A DNA stretch of 64,000 nucleotides from an uncultured virus (IMG/VR IMGVR_UViG_3300020166_000012) (IMGVR_UViG_3300020166_000012), one strand, 5' to 3'. Shown: positions 28,656 through 39,300, counted from the first letter of the stretch. Program-made: numbers and translations. The notes: generated from the letters alone by a model not told the origin.

Positions 28656-29319
28656 TAATTTTTTCCCATTGCGAGTGTGCTGCTATTTCAATTTCTTTTT
28701 TTACTTCTGGCCAATCGTCAATTAAATCTGTTTTTTGACTCAAATCTTTTGAAAGTTTACTTGCTTTGCTTGGATCAAAAGAAGATATCATTGATGGCGT
28801 TATAATCTTTATATTATTTGATAAAAACTTCACTATAGTATTAAGACGAATAAACGCGTTGACATGCCGGGTATAATATCTAATAGCATCAAAAGATTCC
28901 TTGCGCGTTACTGGTTTTTTTAATTGAGCATAAAAATCTGTTGGTGTTAATACAGCATTAACTGATTTATTAATAAGTTTTAAATTCCAATACTTTCCAG
29001 TCTCACCAGTGGTATCTCTATTAGTCATAGCGACGGAAATTATAAAAGAAGTATAGCACTCTAAATAAGTGGGTGGTTTTATAATTAATATTTTATTATT
29101 AGAAAGAATATTATCTATATTATATTTTTCGTTATGATCGAAATAATCTAATGGCTGTAATTTTGCTATGCAAGCATCAGTAGAACAAAAATCATTTAAT
29201 TTATGAATATTGTACGATTTAAATAATTCATCATAACTTACCAAATTATGAATTTTAGCATAATGGCGTATTACAAAAGAAGATGCTGTTCGGGGTAAAG
29301 AAATAATAGTGGTGTTCAT
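28642..29319 (-). CDS. sulfotransferase-like hypothetical protein
   Basis: N-terminal PRTASS loop, ELF; AT-rich insertion between gp44 and gp62. Confidence 0.45.
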   Translation of the reverse strand: MNTTIISLPRTASSFVIRHYAKIHNLVSYDELFKSYNIHKLNDFCSTDACIAKLQPLDYFDHNEKYNIDNILSNNKILIIKPPTYLECYTSFIISVAMTNRDTTGETGKYWNLKLINKSVNAVLTPTDFYAQLKKPVTRKESFDAIRYYTRHVNAFIRLNTIVKFLSNNIKIITPSMISSFDPSKASKLSKDLSQKTDLIDDWPEVKKEIEIAAHSQWEKINESL

Positions 29320-29358
29320 TTTATATTATATCTCAAATTTAAAATTTTGTAAACAATT

Positions 29359-29952
29359 TTATGTTATAGCCTGTACTAATGTTTGCATTCTCATTACATC
29401 GATTGAAATATCATGTGTAGGGTCATGCTTTACAAAGCCTTCGCATTTTGGTGGGATAAAGGTATTTTTTAAGTCGGTCCCCCAAGATAGACCCTCAATA
29501 AGTGAACGGGTGTCACGAACTTCCCACCAATCATACGGCATCATATGTTCAGTTTGGCGTATAATACTTTCAACAAAAATTGGATCAAATGTATTACCAC
29601 GGGTATATATTTTTTCAATTGAAAATGGTTTATTTAAAATAAAAAAATCATAAAGTTTTGCAATTGATACATCAGAAGGAGTTGGATTAATCTGTTTTTT
29701 TACTGGCGGTATTTGTTCACCCCACCAATCAAGGGTTTCTTTTTCAATCTTACGGTTATACTTTTTCACTTGCTCTTGGACATTAAATTTAATAGTTTTT
29801 GTGGCACGTACTAATTCTGGAAAAGTATATGGTTGAGTAGTAAAGCGGGCTTCACTAAAATTAAGCATTGTCATTGAAACAACAACCCCATTAGTTGTAT
29901 CTCTGGACAATGTTTCAAAATCAAAAATACATGCATTATCTTGCGTTGTCAT
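29359..29952 (-). CDS. dexA: DexA-like 3'-5' exonuclease
   Basis: DFETL, RGNTFD, RDTRS, HDPTHD. Confidence 0.85.
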   Translation of the reverse strand: MTTQDNACIFDFETLSRDTTNGVVVSMTMLNFSEARFTTQPYTFPELVRATKTIKFNVQEQVKKYNRKIEKETLDWWGEQIPPVKKQINPTPSDVSIAKLYDFFILNKPFSIEKIYTRGNTFDPIFVESIIRQTEHMMPYDWWEVRDTRSLIEGLSWGTDLKNTFIPPKCEGFVKHDPTHDISIDVMRMQTLVQAIT

Positions 29953-29962
29953 ATAAAAATCC

Positions 29963-30901
29963 TTACTTAAAATTTACATTAGCCATAATTTCGGTTAAGC
30001 ATGCTACAATATTTATTTCATGATCGGCAACAAATGCATTTTTATACTGGTAATCCGCCAAAATAAGAACCAACTGTGGGATTGTAGATGCATCAACCTT
30101 ATCGTTCATTCTGTCATAGATACCTCTAAAGATTGAGGAAGCATCTGTATCTACATTATTAACTACCCAGTTACGCATCTTTTTAAAATCTTTTGTTTTT
30201 AAAAATAAAAAGAGATCGTCAAATGTTTTATCTGTTAAATTAACTAAAATACCAGCATCAATTTTACCAGAAACAGAATATCGCTGTACTTCATTTAAAA
30301 CTCTCCGCCAATCTGGCGCAAATTTCATAATAAGATTTGCAAGGGCATTTTTCTCGTATGCAACATTTTCTTTTTCAAGAATAGTAATAGTTTTATTCAT
30401 GAATTCAGCTGCTAAGCCAGCCATTTCTTTTTTAGTGGTATTAAATTCATATACACTACAACGAGAATGTAATGGTTCAATAATGCGATTTTTAAAATTA
30501 CATGTTAAAATAAATCGACAATTATTAGAAAATTCTTCAATAAATCCACGCAAAGCGGGTTGAGTTGATTGTGCATTAAGATAATCAGCTTCATCCAAAA
30601 TAACTACTTTGTATCCTCCTTGTAGTGAAACAGATGAAGCAAATTGTTTAATTTTAGTGCGTAGCGTATCAATATTACCTTCTTCACTACCATTAATAAT
30701 AATATAATCTAATTCAAGTTCTTTACACATAGCTTTTGCTATAGTTGTTTTACCTAAACCGGCACTACCAGAAAATAGCATATTGGGCAATTCACCTGTT
30801 GCAACAATTTGCTTAAAAACTGCTTTAAATTCTGGTTGTAGAATTGTATCGTCTACACATTGTGGTCTATATTTTTCGGTCCACAAAAAATCATTGCTCA
30901 T
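29963..30901 (-). CDS. gp44: clamp loader large subunit gp44
   Basis: WTEKYRP, GSAGLGKTT, DEAD, PLHSRC. Confidence 0.96.
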   Translation of the reverse strand: MSNDFLWTEKYRPQCVDDTILQPEFKAVFKQIVATGELPNMLFSGSAGLGKTTIAKAMCKELELDYIIINGSEEGNIDTLRTKIKQFASSVSLQGGYKVVILDEADYLNAQSTQPALRGFIEEFSNNCRFILTCNFKNRIIEPLHSRCSVYEFNTTKKEMAGLAAEFMNKTITILEKENVAYEKNALANLIMKFAPDWRRVLNEVQRYSVSGKIDAGILVNLTDKTFDDLFLFLKTKDFKKMRNWVVNNVDTDASSIFRGIYDRMNDKVDASTIPQLVLILADYQYKNAFVADHEINIVACLTEIMANVNFK

Positions 30902-30939
30902 AATATAATACCTATAACTTTATTCATTCAAGGATAAAA

Positions 30940-30961
30940 AAGAGTGACTTTCGTCACTCTT
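30940..30961. terminator. intrinsic terminator
   Basis: AAGAGTGAC-TTTC-GTCACTCTT. Confidence 0.7.
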
Positions 30962-30965
30962 CATT

Positions 30966-31181
30966 TTATTTTTTTTGTGGGGCTTGTGGGGCTTCTGATT
31001 GTTCCTGTTTCCAGTTTTCTACAATCTGTACTGCATTAGTAGCTTGATCTCTAAGCTGCCCAATAGTACTAAGTTCTTCGCCGCGGAATCCTCCGCGCTG
31101 TGTAACTGTATCAATTACTGCAATAGTGCTCCGAGCAATATTGTTCATAGTATCATAAGCTTGTTTATGGTCGGCCATCAT
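30966..31181 (-). CDS. hypothetical protein
   Basis: 71 aa, QRGGFRGEEL, between gp45 and gp44. Confidence 0.7.
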   Translation of the reverse strand: MMADHKQAYDTMNNIARSTIAVIDTVTQRGGFRGEELSTIGQLRDQATNAVQIVENWKQEQSEAPQAPQKK

Positions 31182-31855
31182 TATTCTCCGTATGTTGATG
31201 TTTTTTCAAGAGCAATCCAATAGGTTAGAGTGCTTTCTGAGTGAGTTAATTTCGAAATTAGTTTAGATGAAATTTCTACGTTATAGGTACCTGGTAGAAC
31301 TTTCAAGTTTGCGATATTAAAAATAAAGTTATAGTTATCTGCGTTTGAGCTACCTTCAACATCAATTGAATAGGTATTTGCGGTGGCATTATCTGAGCTA
31401 GTTACGGTCAAGGTAATGCTGTCTCGGGATCCGGATACAGATACTTCCGAATGTCCAAGAGCGGCTGCGGCGCGCTTAATGCGATTAAGAGTATCGTTAT
31501 CAAGAGTAAACCGCACATCTGCCTCAGGCATTTTTACTTCTTTGGTAGGAGTAGTAAGCATTTCTGGGTCAGAAAAGAAATATTTTACTTTAGATCGGCC
31601 AGTAGAATCACCAATCTTAACAGAATTTTCATCAAACGTAAGTCTTGGGATATCAACTAAATTAAGAACTCCGAGAAATTCATTTAGATCATATACACCA
31701 AAAGCTTGAGGAAAGTTTTCAGGAATTTCAGTACGAGCCAAAATGTTTTTAGCTTCTGAAATAGTATGTACTACATTACCTTGCTGCATAACCAAATTTG
31801 AGTTAATAGTAGAAAAGTTTTTTAGTACTGAAAGTGTTGTTTCGCTTAGTTCCAT
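31181..31855 (-). CDS. gp45: sliding clamp gp45
   Basis: LKNFSTIN, FGVYDLNEFL, YWIALE. Confidence 0.95.
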   Translation of the reverse strand: MELSETTLSVLKNFSTINSNLVMQQGNVVHTISEAKNILARTEIPENFPQAFGVYDLNEFLGVLNLVDIPRLTFDENSVKIGDSTGRSKVKYFFSDPEMLTTPTKEVKMPEADVRFTLDNDTLNRIKRAAAALGHSEVSVSGSRDSITLTVTSSDNATANTYSIDVEGSSNADNYNFIFNIANLKVLPGTYNVEISSKLISKLTHSESTLTYWIALEKTSTYGE

Positions 31856-31911
31856 TATATATCTCCATCATATATTAGTATTATATACTATTTTTTGTGT
31901 AAAGTAAACAC

Positions 31912-33630
31912 TTATGCTAAAATTTTACTAAAATTCTTATCTTTAGTAAATTCAATTTTCTGCTTAAATTTTCCGTCTAAAATTTCTCCTTTATGAGATA
32001 TTACAAAAACATTAGTGTCATCGTCAAGGGTATATAATATTTTCATAAGATTATCTACACCATCATGGTCTAAAGATGAATCGAATGTTTCATCTAAAAC
32101 AAGCAAGTTGGTTGCTACAGAATTTTTCATTTTAGCAATCATACGCCATGTGAAAAGCAATGCTAGATCAATACGTTGCTTTTCGCCCTCACTAAATGAG
32201 TCATATGTGAATGAATCACGATGTCTAGATTTGATTGTTTCAGTAAAACTTTCATCAAGATTAAAGTGAACATAAAAATCTAGGATTTGCAGATATTGAT
32301 TTACAAGTCTATTTATTACTGGAATATATTGTTTAATAACTTTAGTTTTAATGCCGGTATCTTTTAGCATTTCCATCATAACAGCGTTATAATTAAATTC
32401 GTCATTAATACTTAGTTTGGTTTCAAAATACTCTTCTTTTTCATTTTCAAGTGCTTGAAGACTTTCCCAAGACTTTTTAATATCGCCTTCATTACCCTTA
32501 ATTTTAGAAATAGCAGTTGATAATGTTTCAATTTGTGAGCGAATTCTTACAATCTCTCTGTTATTACCAGACATTAATAAAGTCTTATCGCGGATAATAG
32601 CTGTTGAATCATTTAATTTTTCAAGTTTTTCCTCAACTAATTTAGAGTTTTCCTGGGCAATATCTAATGCTGATTGCAATTCTATAGCTTTATTTTTTGC
32701 TTCAGATAATTTTGTTTTAATTAATTCTTCTGGAATACTTTGCGAACATGTTGGACAATTATCATGCTCTTCATAGAATTTGGAATCTTTAACTAATAAT
32801 CGAATTTTTTGGGTAAATTCGCTTTTATAATGCAAAAGGTTTTGCCGCTTATCATGGCAAATTTTTAACGACTCTTCAAGACCATTACTTAATGTTTCAA
32901 TTTCATCAGACATAGTATTATTAAAAGATTGCAATTCTGCAATTTCTGATTCATACAAAGCAATTTCGGCTTGCTTTTCATCGACCTGATCATTATTCAG
33001 ATCCTCGACTTCCCGAATATATTTTTTCTGTAAAGAAATTTTTTCTCTTATCAATTCAAACTGATAATTAATATCTTTTAGTTTATCTTTAAGACCAGTC
33101 TGTTTTTCTTTTAAGATTGAATTCATTTTAGAAAAAATATTAATATCTAACAAATCTTCAATAACATCTCGCCGTTGCTGTGCAGGCAATTGCATAAATG
33201 GTATAAATGAGGATGATCCCAACACAACAATTTGATGAAAGCTTTTATGATTAAGTTTAATAATATTTCTTTCAAGAATTTGTTGATATTCTTTAGCGTG
33301 CGATGATTGATTTATCATTTCGCCGTTTTTCCAAATTTCAAATATTGTTGGTTTAATACCACGCACTACTTTAAATGCTGCTTTACCAATATAAAAATTG
33401 ACCTCGACTAAACAATCCTTATTATTTACAGTATTAACAAGTTGAGGCTTATTAATATTACGGTGAGGTTTTCCGAATAATGCAAATGATAAAGCATCCA
33501 GTAAAGTAGATTTACCTGCACCATTATGACCAACAATAAGTGTTGATTTAGTTTTATTCAAATCAATTTCTGACCAATTATTACCAGTAGACAGAAAATT
33601 CTTCCATCGAATATTTGAAAATACAATCAT
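31912..33630 (-). CDS. gp46: recombination ATPase gp46 (SbcC/Rad50-like)
   Basis: NGAGKST, CPTC hook, FSEGEK, LDE. Confidence 0.96.
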   Translation of the reverse strand: MIVFSNIRWKNFLSTGNNWSEIDLNKTKSTLIVGHNGAGKSTLLDALSFALFGKPHRNINKPQLVNTVNNKDCLVEVNFYIGKAAFKVVRGIKPTIFEIWKNGEMINQSSHAKEYQQILERNIIKLNHKSFHQIVVLGSSSFIPFMQLPAQQRRDVIEDLLDINIFSKMNSILKEKQTGLKDKLKDINYQFELIREKISLQKKYIREVEDLNNDQVDEKQAEIALYESEIAELQSFNNTMSDEIETLSNGLEESLKICHDKRQNLLHYKSEFTQKIRLLVKDSKFYEEHDNCPTCSQSIPEELIKTKLSEAKNKAIELQSALDIAQENSKLVEEKLEKLNDSTAIIRDKTLLMSGNNREIVRIRSQIETLSTAISKIKGNEGDIKKSWESLQALENEKEEYFETKLSINDEFNYNAVMMEMLKDTGIKTKVIKQYIPVINRLVNQYLQILDFYVHFNLDESFTETIKSRHRDSFTYDSFSEGEKQRIDLALLFTWRMIAKMKNSVATNLLVLDETFDSSLDHDGVDNLMKILYTLDDDTNVFVISHKGEILDGKFKQKIEFTKDKNFSKILA

Positions 33631-34688
33631 ACTATTTCTAATGCCTGCGCTTCAATCAATAAATTGTGCATATTCGTTTTAATTCTATTTTTATCAAGAT
33701 CTGTATCAACAGCATCTACATAACTATCAAGCAATGTCGAAGTATCATCAACCGAAATTGATTCGTCCTCAACATTTTCACCAATGAACTCACTAAAATT
33801 TTCAGCAATTTTTAGTTCATAAATCTTCTTATTTTGTATTTTATCAACAAATCGCTCAAATGTAAATAGGTCTTGTTTATTTATTACAACTATTTTTACA
33901 AATTTATAATCTAAATTATCTAATGGATAGTCAGTATAATCATATTTAGAATCATCGTATATAATCTTTTCATGTAAAGTATGCGGATTATGAATAGCTT
34001 CTATTTCTCGAGTTTCGGTATCAATCACATGAAAATATTTTTTGTCATGGGCATCAGACCAAGAAAACTCCATTTGTGAACCCAAGTAATGAATATTATC
34101 ACGACTGGATTTTGTATGAAAATGTCCAGACAAAACAGTTTCAAATCTAGAAAATTCTTTATGATTCATACCATGGGTATTTTTAATACCTCTCATCATT
34201 TCAAAATCATTCAATTCTAAATGGCCACCAAGCCAATCTGCTTTGCATTCTTTTACAAATTTTATAGAAGCATCGTAATTTTCAGTAGTAATCCATGGAA
34301 GCAAGGCCATTTTTAATGAGCCATACTCCATAACACGCGGTTCCATAATAATATGGATTTCATTCATAAAATGACCAAGTAATTCCTTTAATGAGTTTAA
34401 ATCATTTGTATTTTTATAATAAGTGTCATGATTACCTGGAATAATATCCATGGTCATTTTGTTTTCACGTAGCTTATCTAAAAAATGCTTGCGATTATGA
34501 TTAAGTGCTTTAAAATTTACAAATTTGCGATGGTCAAAAAAATCGCCAAGATGTAAAATTTGAGTAATATTGTTTTTTTTACAATATGGGAAAAAAATTT
34601 CATCCCAAAACTTAGCTGAGTTATCAAGGAACACTTCTGAACTATTTCTAATACCACAATGTGTGTCATTAATTACTGCTATTTTCAT
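33627..34688 (-). CDS. gp47: recombination nuclease gp47 (SbcD/Mre11-like)
   Basis: DTH, LGD, GNHD, SGHFH. Confidence 0.95.
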   Translation of the reverse strand: MKIAVINDTHCGIRNSSEVFLDNSAKFWDEIFFPYCKKNNITQILHLGDFFDHRKFVNFKALNHNRKHFLDKLRENKMTMDIIPGNHDTYYKNTNDLNSLKELLGHFMNEIHIIMEPRVMEYGSLKMALLPWITTENYDASIKFVKECKADWLGGHLELNDFEMMRGIKNTHGMNHKEFSRFETVLSGHFHTKSSRDNIHYLGSQMEFSWSDAHDKKYFHVIDTETREIEAIHNPHTLHEKIIYDDSKYDYTDYPLDNLDYKFVKIVVINKQDLFTFERFVDKIQNKKIYELKIAENFSEFIGENVEDESISVDDTSTLLDSYVDAVDTDLDKNRIKTNMHNLLIEAQALEIV

Positions 34689-35278
34689 TCCAAAAATTCC
34701 TGCAAGTCAGAATCAACATTTTGTTTACGTTTAGCTCGAGTTTTTTGAGCTTTTGCAAACTCTTTAATCTCTGTATCGTATACTTTAATTTTATCAATTC
34801 TATCTTTAAGAGTATCAACAAAGTGAGTAGCAACAGAATTTGCGGCATCACCGCCTTCATTTACAAGAAAGGCTTCAACACCAGATTGGGATAAATATTT
34901 TTCTTTAATTTCTTGCTGGCGCTTTTCTTTTGCAATCCGGCGTAAAAAAGCAAACCAAATAATTTGAGTAAAATATGCAAAAGCATTTGGTTTACCGGTT
35001 CGTGTTACGGCATTAATATTATAATTCTCAACTGCTTTAAGACAATTTTCTACCGAATCCATAACCATTTCTTCTCTATACGTATATCGAATAAAATTAG
35101 ATTTATGTGAAAGATTTTCAGCAATTTTTAAAAAACATATTGCAATATAATCTGGTACAACTGGTAATTGCTCGCCGGCCTCGCGAGCAGCATTTACTGA
35201 TTCTACATATGCAACAATAGCAAGAGCAAACTCTTGGTTATTTACGTAGTGTAAATTTTTAGATTTTTTCTTAGCCAT
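34685..35278 (-). CDS. gp55: late transcription sigma factor gp55
   Basis: HYVNN, NFIRYTY, NAFAYFTQI...AFLRRI. Confidence 0.95.
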   Translation of the reverse strand: MAKKKSKNLHYVNNQEFALAIVAYVESVNAAREAGEQLPVVPDYIAICFLKIAENLSHKSNFIRYTYREEMVMDSVENCLKAVENYNINAVTRTGKPNAFAYFTQIIWFAFLRRIAKEKRQQEIKEKYLSQSGVEAFLVNEGGDAANSVATHFVDTLKDRIDKIKVYDTEIKEFAKAQKTRAKRKQNVDSDLQEFLE

Positions 35279-35374
35279 ATTAATATTCTCCTAATATAGT
35301 AATATTATAAACTAATTTACATTAAAAGTAAACAAGTTTTTTTTATATTTTTTTTCAGTTATATGCATTTTAGG

Positions 35375-35545
35375 GGTTTACAAATTTAATATTTGTGATA
35401 TAATAGAAGAGTAAGCTTCTAAAAAGGGAGGATAGTATATCGACATCCCATATATTTTATTGATGCACATATGCATTAGAGGTTTACAAATTTAATATTT
35501 GTGATATAATAGAAGAGTAAGCTTCTAAAAAGGGAGGATAGTATA
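35375..35545 (+). repeat. 65-bp exact direct repeat (35375-35439, 35481-35545), each with a rightward sigma70-type promoter
   Basis: GGTTTACAAATTTAATATTTGTGATATAATAGAAGAGTAAGCTTCTAAAAAGGGAGGATAGTATA occurs twice. Confidence 0.9.
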
Positions 35546-35968
35546 CTAATGCATTGTTGGTTTAGAATTCTTAAAGATCGATACAATTTTTTCTTTATCT
35601 TCTTCACTTAATTCTTCATCAAGTTCATCTAAAGTTTTTTCATTTTCAAGTGGTTGTTCATATTCTTGCATTTCTTCATCCCACTCTTCTTTCATTTTCT
35701 GCAAAGCAAAATAATATTGATCTATTGTTTTAATATGAGGAATACTAGATGCAGTAATGTGATCTCTATTAAGCCCAATGATTCCATTTTCACCTTCAAC
35801 ATATGTCATCATCGGTCTAAAAATATAATATGTTCCCTCTTTTACATTCATTCGAGAAATAATTAAACAGTTTCTAACAACCATATCATTAAGTTCTTCA
35901 TCATCTTCAAGTATTTCTGCTACGATTTCAAGGCCATTAGCAAGAAGAAATTGTCCGTAATTATTCAT
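35546..35968 (-). CDS. hypothetical protein between uvsW and gp55
   Basis: 140 aa, LANGLEIVAEI N-terminus, acidic tail. Confidence 0.75.
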   Translation of the reverse strand: MNNYGQFLLANGLEIVAEILEDDEELNDMVVRNCLIISRMNVKEGTYYIFRPMMTYVEGENGIIGLNRDHITASSIPHIKTIDQYYFALQKMKEEWDEEMQEYEQPLENEKTLDELDEELSEEDKEKIVSIFKNSKPTMH

Positions 35969-37472
35969 TTAAATCTACCATATGTATTTTACAATTAAAT
36001 TGTTCTCGTTTATATATCTTCAATCTTTCTTCAGCATGTACTAAAGAATAATTCTTTTTAGACTTATATTTTAAATTATCTGCAATATCGTATAGCTGAG
36101 TTGTTTTACCATTTTCACTTTTTCTTAACCCCCTGCCGATACTTTGTAAAATTCTGATTTGAGATTTTGAAGGGGAGGCAAATACAATGTTATGCAAGTT
36201 CCTTATATTTATCCCTGTACTAAACGTACCTAAACTTGCCACAATAATTGCATCTTTTTGTGTCTCAACTATTTTACGTATTGCTTCTCGATCGCTAGCT
36301 TCAGTGCCACCCGATACAAAAAAGATCTTGCGTTTTTCATCAGCTTTATTTGCTATTAAAGTATGTAATGGTTTACCATGTTTTTCAACAAACTGATACA
36401 ATACAAGCGTATTACCGTCCAAAGATAAAGACAAATTACTAATAAATTTATTACGCTTTTCATTAGTAACAATAAAGTTAATTTCTTCTTGATAAGATTG
36501 ACCAGATAAAATTTTCTTTGTCTCTTCTTTATATTGCAGCGTTAACAGATTAATGTCTAATTGGGCGAGCGTATTTTTGTCTTGAAGCGTTTTTGTTGTA
36601 GTGACATTTTTAACTTTACCAAATAATCCTTCAAGTGTTAATTTATGAGTTTGTGTACCATCTAGCGTTCCGGTTGTACCAAATCTATACGCAGCCAATC
36701 TGGCTTTATTCATAATAGCTGTTAAAGATTTAGATTTAAATCCATGGCACTCGTCCCCAAACACAGCACCAAATTGTTCGAACCATGCTGGCCCTAATTT
36801 GTAAATAGATTGCCACGTTGAAATATAAATTCTATTATGAATATTAGTTTTTTCTTTACCCGAATAAATCACATGACATTCTTTTTCTACCTGGAATGAT
36901 TCATCGGCAGTCGAATAGTCTGCGAAATCTGCATACATTTGTTGCACTAAGGAGGTTGTTGGAACAATAACTAATACTTTTTGATTAAAATTTTCAAGGT
37001 ACCATCGCATTAAAGCATAAATTATAAGTGATTTACCGGACCCAGTTGGCGACAAAAGAATAGCGCGTTTTTTTCGAATTGCATCACATATTGCATCAAA
37101 CTGATAATCTCTAACTTCAATAGGTTCTCCGCGCCCTTGTAAATTTAATCGCTTAAGAAAATCCATAATTGCTTTTGGATCTATATCATTATATTGCTCA
37201 GGCATGCCATATAAAGAATCTTCATATTCTATGGTATAATTTCTTTTTTCAGCAAATTCTTTTACATATGGTAATAACCCAAGGCCTAGTTCATTTGTTT
37301 GAGCATTATATAGCCTAACTTTACCATCCCATATTTTATTTTTGTATAATGGCATAAATTTATACCCTGGAACAAAAAAACTGAAGAAATCTGATAATTC
37401 TGCGCCGATGCCCCAATCGCAACCAATTAGCATCATTGACTCATTCTTTTTTTGAATTACTATTTTATCCAC
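35961..37472 (-). CDS. uvsW: UvsW RNA-DNA/DNA-DNA helicase
   Basis: RDYQ, SPTGSGKS, DECH, QSIGRGLR; GTG start at 37472 inferred. Confidence 0.95.
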   Translation of the reverse strand: MDKIVIQKKNESMMLIGCDWGIGAELSDFFSFFVPGYKFMPLYKNKIWDGKVRLYNAQTNELGLGLLPYVKEFAEKRNYTIEYEDSLYGMPEQYNDIDPKAIMDFLKRLNLQGRGEPIEVRDYQFDAICDAIRKKRAILLSPTGSGKSLIIYALMRWYLENFNQKVLVIVPTTSLVQQMYADFADYSTADESFQVEKECHVIYSGKEKTNIHNRIYISTWQSIYKLGPAWFEQFGAVFGDECHGFKSKSLTAIMNKARLAAYRFGTTGTLDGTQTHKLTLEGLFGKVKNVTTTKTLQDKNTLAQLDINLLTLQYKEETKKILSGQSYQEEINFIVTNEKRNKFISNLSLSLDGNTLVLYQFVEKHGKPLHTLIANKADEKRKIFFVSGGTEASDREAIRKIVETQKDAIIVASLGTFSTGINIRNLHNIVFASPSKSQIRILQSIGRGLRKSENGKTTQLYDIADNLKYKSKKNYSLVHAEERLKIYKREQFNCKIHMVDLNE

Positions 37473-37935
37473 CGGCTTGAAACATCTTCCATTTAATGAT
37501 ATTACCAATTGATGTATGCCTCCACCGTAAGGTTTCAACAATTTCTTGCAAGGTTTCTACTAAAGTTTTTGAATATGCAATTTTTTCTTCGCTTTGTTGA
37601 ATTTCTTTATCTGAATCATAATAATAATTCATATCACCCTTCATAACTTTAAGGCCATCAAAGGGATCAAATTCCCATCCCCGTTGTTCAATTTCTTCGG
37701 GCGGCATTTTACCATTATAGTATAGCCACTTAATTTTAAGCAAAGATTTTTGATTTATTTGAGATTTTTTTAATTGAAGTTTGGCTAAAGAAAGCCACTG
37801 CAAATATTTAGCATGTAGTTTAGCTGTATCTACTGATGCACTATCCAATTTAGTATCATCAATTACGCTGTCATTTTGCCATTCTATAAGGATTTTTTCA
37901 ATATCTAGTAACAACGGAAACTCCATCTGGTTCAT
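37465..37935 (-). CDS. uvsY: recombination mediator UvsY
   Basis: LHAKYL, KWLYYNGK, IGNIIKW; synteny; TATAAATA at 37946-37953. Confidence 0.88.
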   Translation of the reverse strand: MNQMEFPLLLDIEKILIEWQNDSVIDDTKLDSASVDTAKLHAKYLQWLSLAKLQLKKSQINQKSLLKIKWLYYNGKMPPEEIEQRGWEFDPFDGLKVMKGDMNYYYDSDKEIQQSEEKIAYSKTLVETLQEIVETLRWRHTSIGNIIKWKMFQAGG

Positions 37936-37961
37936 AATATAATAGTATTTATAACGTCTAA

Positions 37962-38693
37962 TTACACCTCAATATGGAAATTATTTATTTCAATTGGAAT
38001 TAAATCCACTAATTGGGCTTCTATATGATCTGTATTAACATCAATATGGTTTATTTTTTCACGTATCTCTATAAAATTATGTATACTATAAAATAGCCAT
38101 TTAAATGTCAAGTATAATATTGAATCATTATAACTATTAAATTGAAAAAAATCTTCATGCATTAAACCAGCAAATCTAACCCCATACCGGTTTAACGAAT
38201 GAAAAATAAAATTATTAATTTCACGGCATGTATTTTCATTATCACGTAGATTTTCAATATAATTTAAATTTTTTAACCTAGTTACGGGTTTTTTACAGTA
38301 AAATAAAAGATTGCTAAAATGATAAAGATTAGACATAGATATAATTGAATTTATAATTTCTTTATCAATAGTTTCATTAATGATATAAAATGTTGGTCGA
38401 TACGACATTATTAATCTTATAGCGGTATTCAGTCTATTAATATCATTTGTTTTTTTGTATTGTAATATAATATCCCGAAAAATTCCGGACTCTATATTAA
38501 AAATTTCGCAATTTTCGCAGTCATTTATATCAACATTATATCCTAATGCTATTAAATTTTCAGTTAATAAATCATATTTAATATATTTTTTATGGGCTTC
38601 TGCAAACCAATTTGTTAAAATTTCACCGCTATTGCCGTTATTAGTCCAAACTATTAATGCTCTATATCGCCGTATATCATTATCTATCATCAT
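37962..38693 (-). CDS. hypothetical protein, apparent paralog of 14354..15001
   Basis: Colinear similarity to the sulfotransferase-like ORF. Confidence 0.55.
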   Translation of the reverse strand: MMIDNDIRRYRALIVWTNNGNSGEILTNWFAEAHKKYIKYDLLTENLIALGYNVDINDCENCEIFNIESGIFRDIILQYKKTNDINRLNTAIRLIMSYRPTFYIINETIDKEIINSIISMSNLYHFSNLLFYCKKPVTRLKNLNYIENLRDNENTCREINNFIFHSLNRYGVRFAGLMHEDFFQFNSYNDSILYLTFKWLFYSIHNFIEIREKINHIDVNTDHIEAQLVDLIPIEINNFHIEV

Positions 38694-38695
38694 AC

Positions 38696-39181
38696 TTAGT
38701 CCCTAAGTTCAAAATATCCTATTTTAAATGTTACTTCAAAAGTAACTACTGGTGCTTCGCTAACGCCCGCTTGAAATGACAAAGGCCCAACAAATGTTGG
38801 TATACAATCAATATATCGAAATTCTTTAACTTTATTATTATGACTTGACATAATAATAGCTGATATATCTACTTGAATTCTTTTTTCTGCATCATTATGG
38901 TGTTTTTCCGTAAGTTCGGTTAACCATTCAAACATTTCTTTATAAGAATTCATATCCTCATCACAGATAACTTCAATAGTCAAATCACCAAATGAAATAT
39001 TATCACCAGTTAATGATATTGATTGAATCCTTTTATACGATACCACAGGTGCATCAATGGTAATTGCAGGATGATCGAATCTTTGTGCAAAAAATTCTAA
39101 ATTACCGTATTCTTTTCTATCTAAAACTATTCTAAAATTAGTTGGTTGGAGATAGTTAATATTGCTAGTTAATTCTGACAT
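38696..39181 (-). CDS. gp3: tail completion/sheath stabilizer gp3
   Basis: NYLQPTNF, DEDMNSYKEMFEW; TATAAATA at 39207-39214. Confidence 0.85.
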   Translation of the reverse strand: MSELTSNINYLQPTNFRIVLDRKEYGNLEFFAQRFDHPAITIDAPVVSYKRIQSISLTGDNISFGDLTIEVICDEDMNSYKEMFEWLTELTEKHHNDAEKRIQVDISAIIMSSHNNKVKEFRYIDCIPTFVGPLSFQAGVSEAPVVTFEVTFKIGYFELRD

Positions 39182-39278
39182 TCCATAATACTCCGTATGT
39201 TATAATTATTTATATGCAAAAATAATACAAAAAAAATGCATTTATATCTATATCTAATTGCTATCTACACCGAATAAA

Positions 39279-39300
39279 AAAGAGGCGCCGAAGCGCCTCT
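39279..39300 (-). terminator. terminator after major capsid gene
   Basis: AGAGGCGC-TTCG-GCGCCTCT followed by a T-run on minus strand. Confidence 0.8.
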
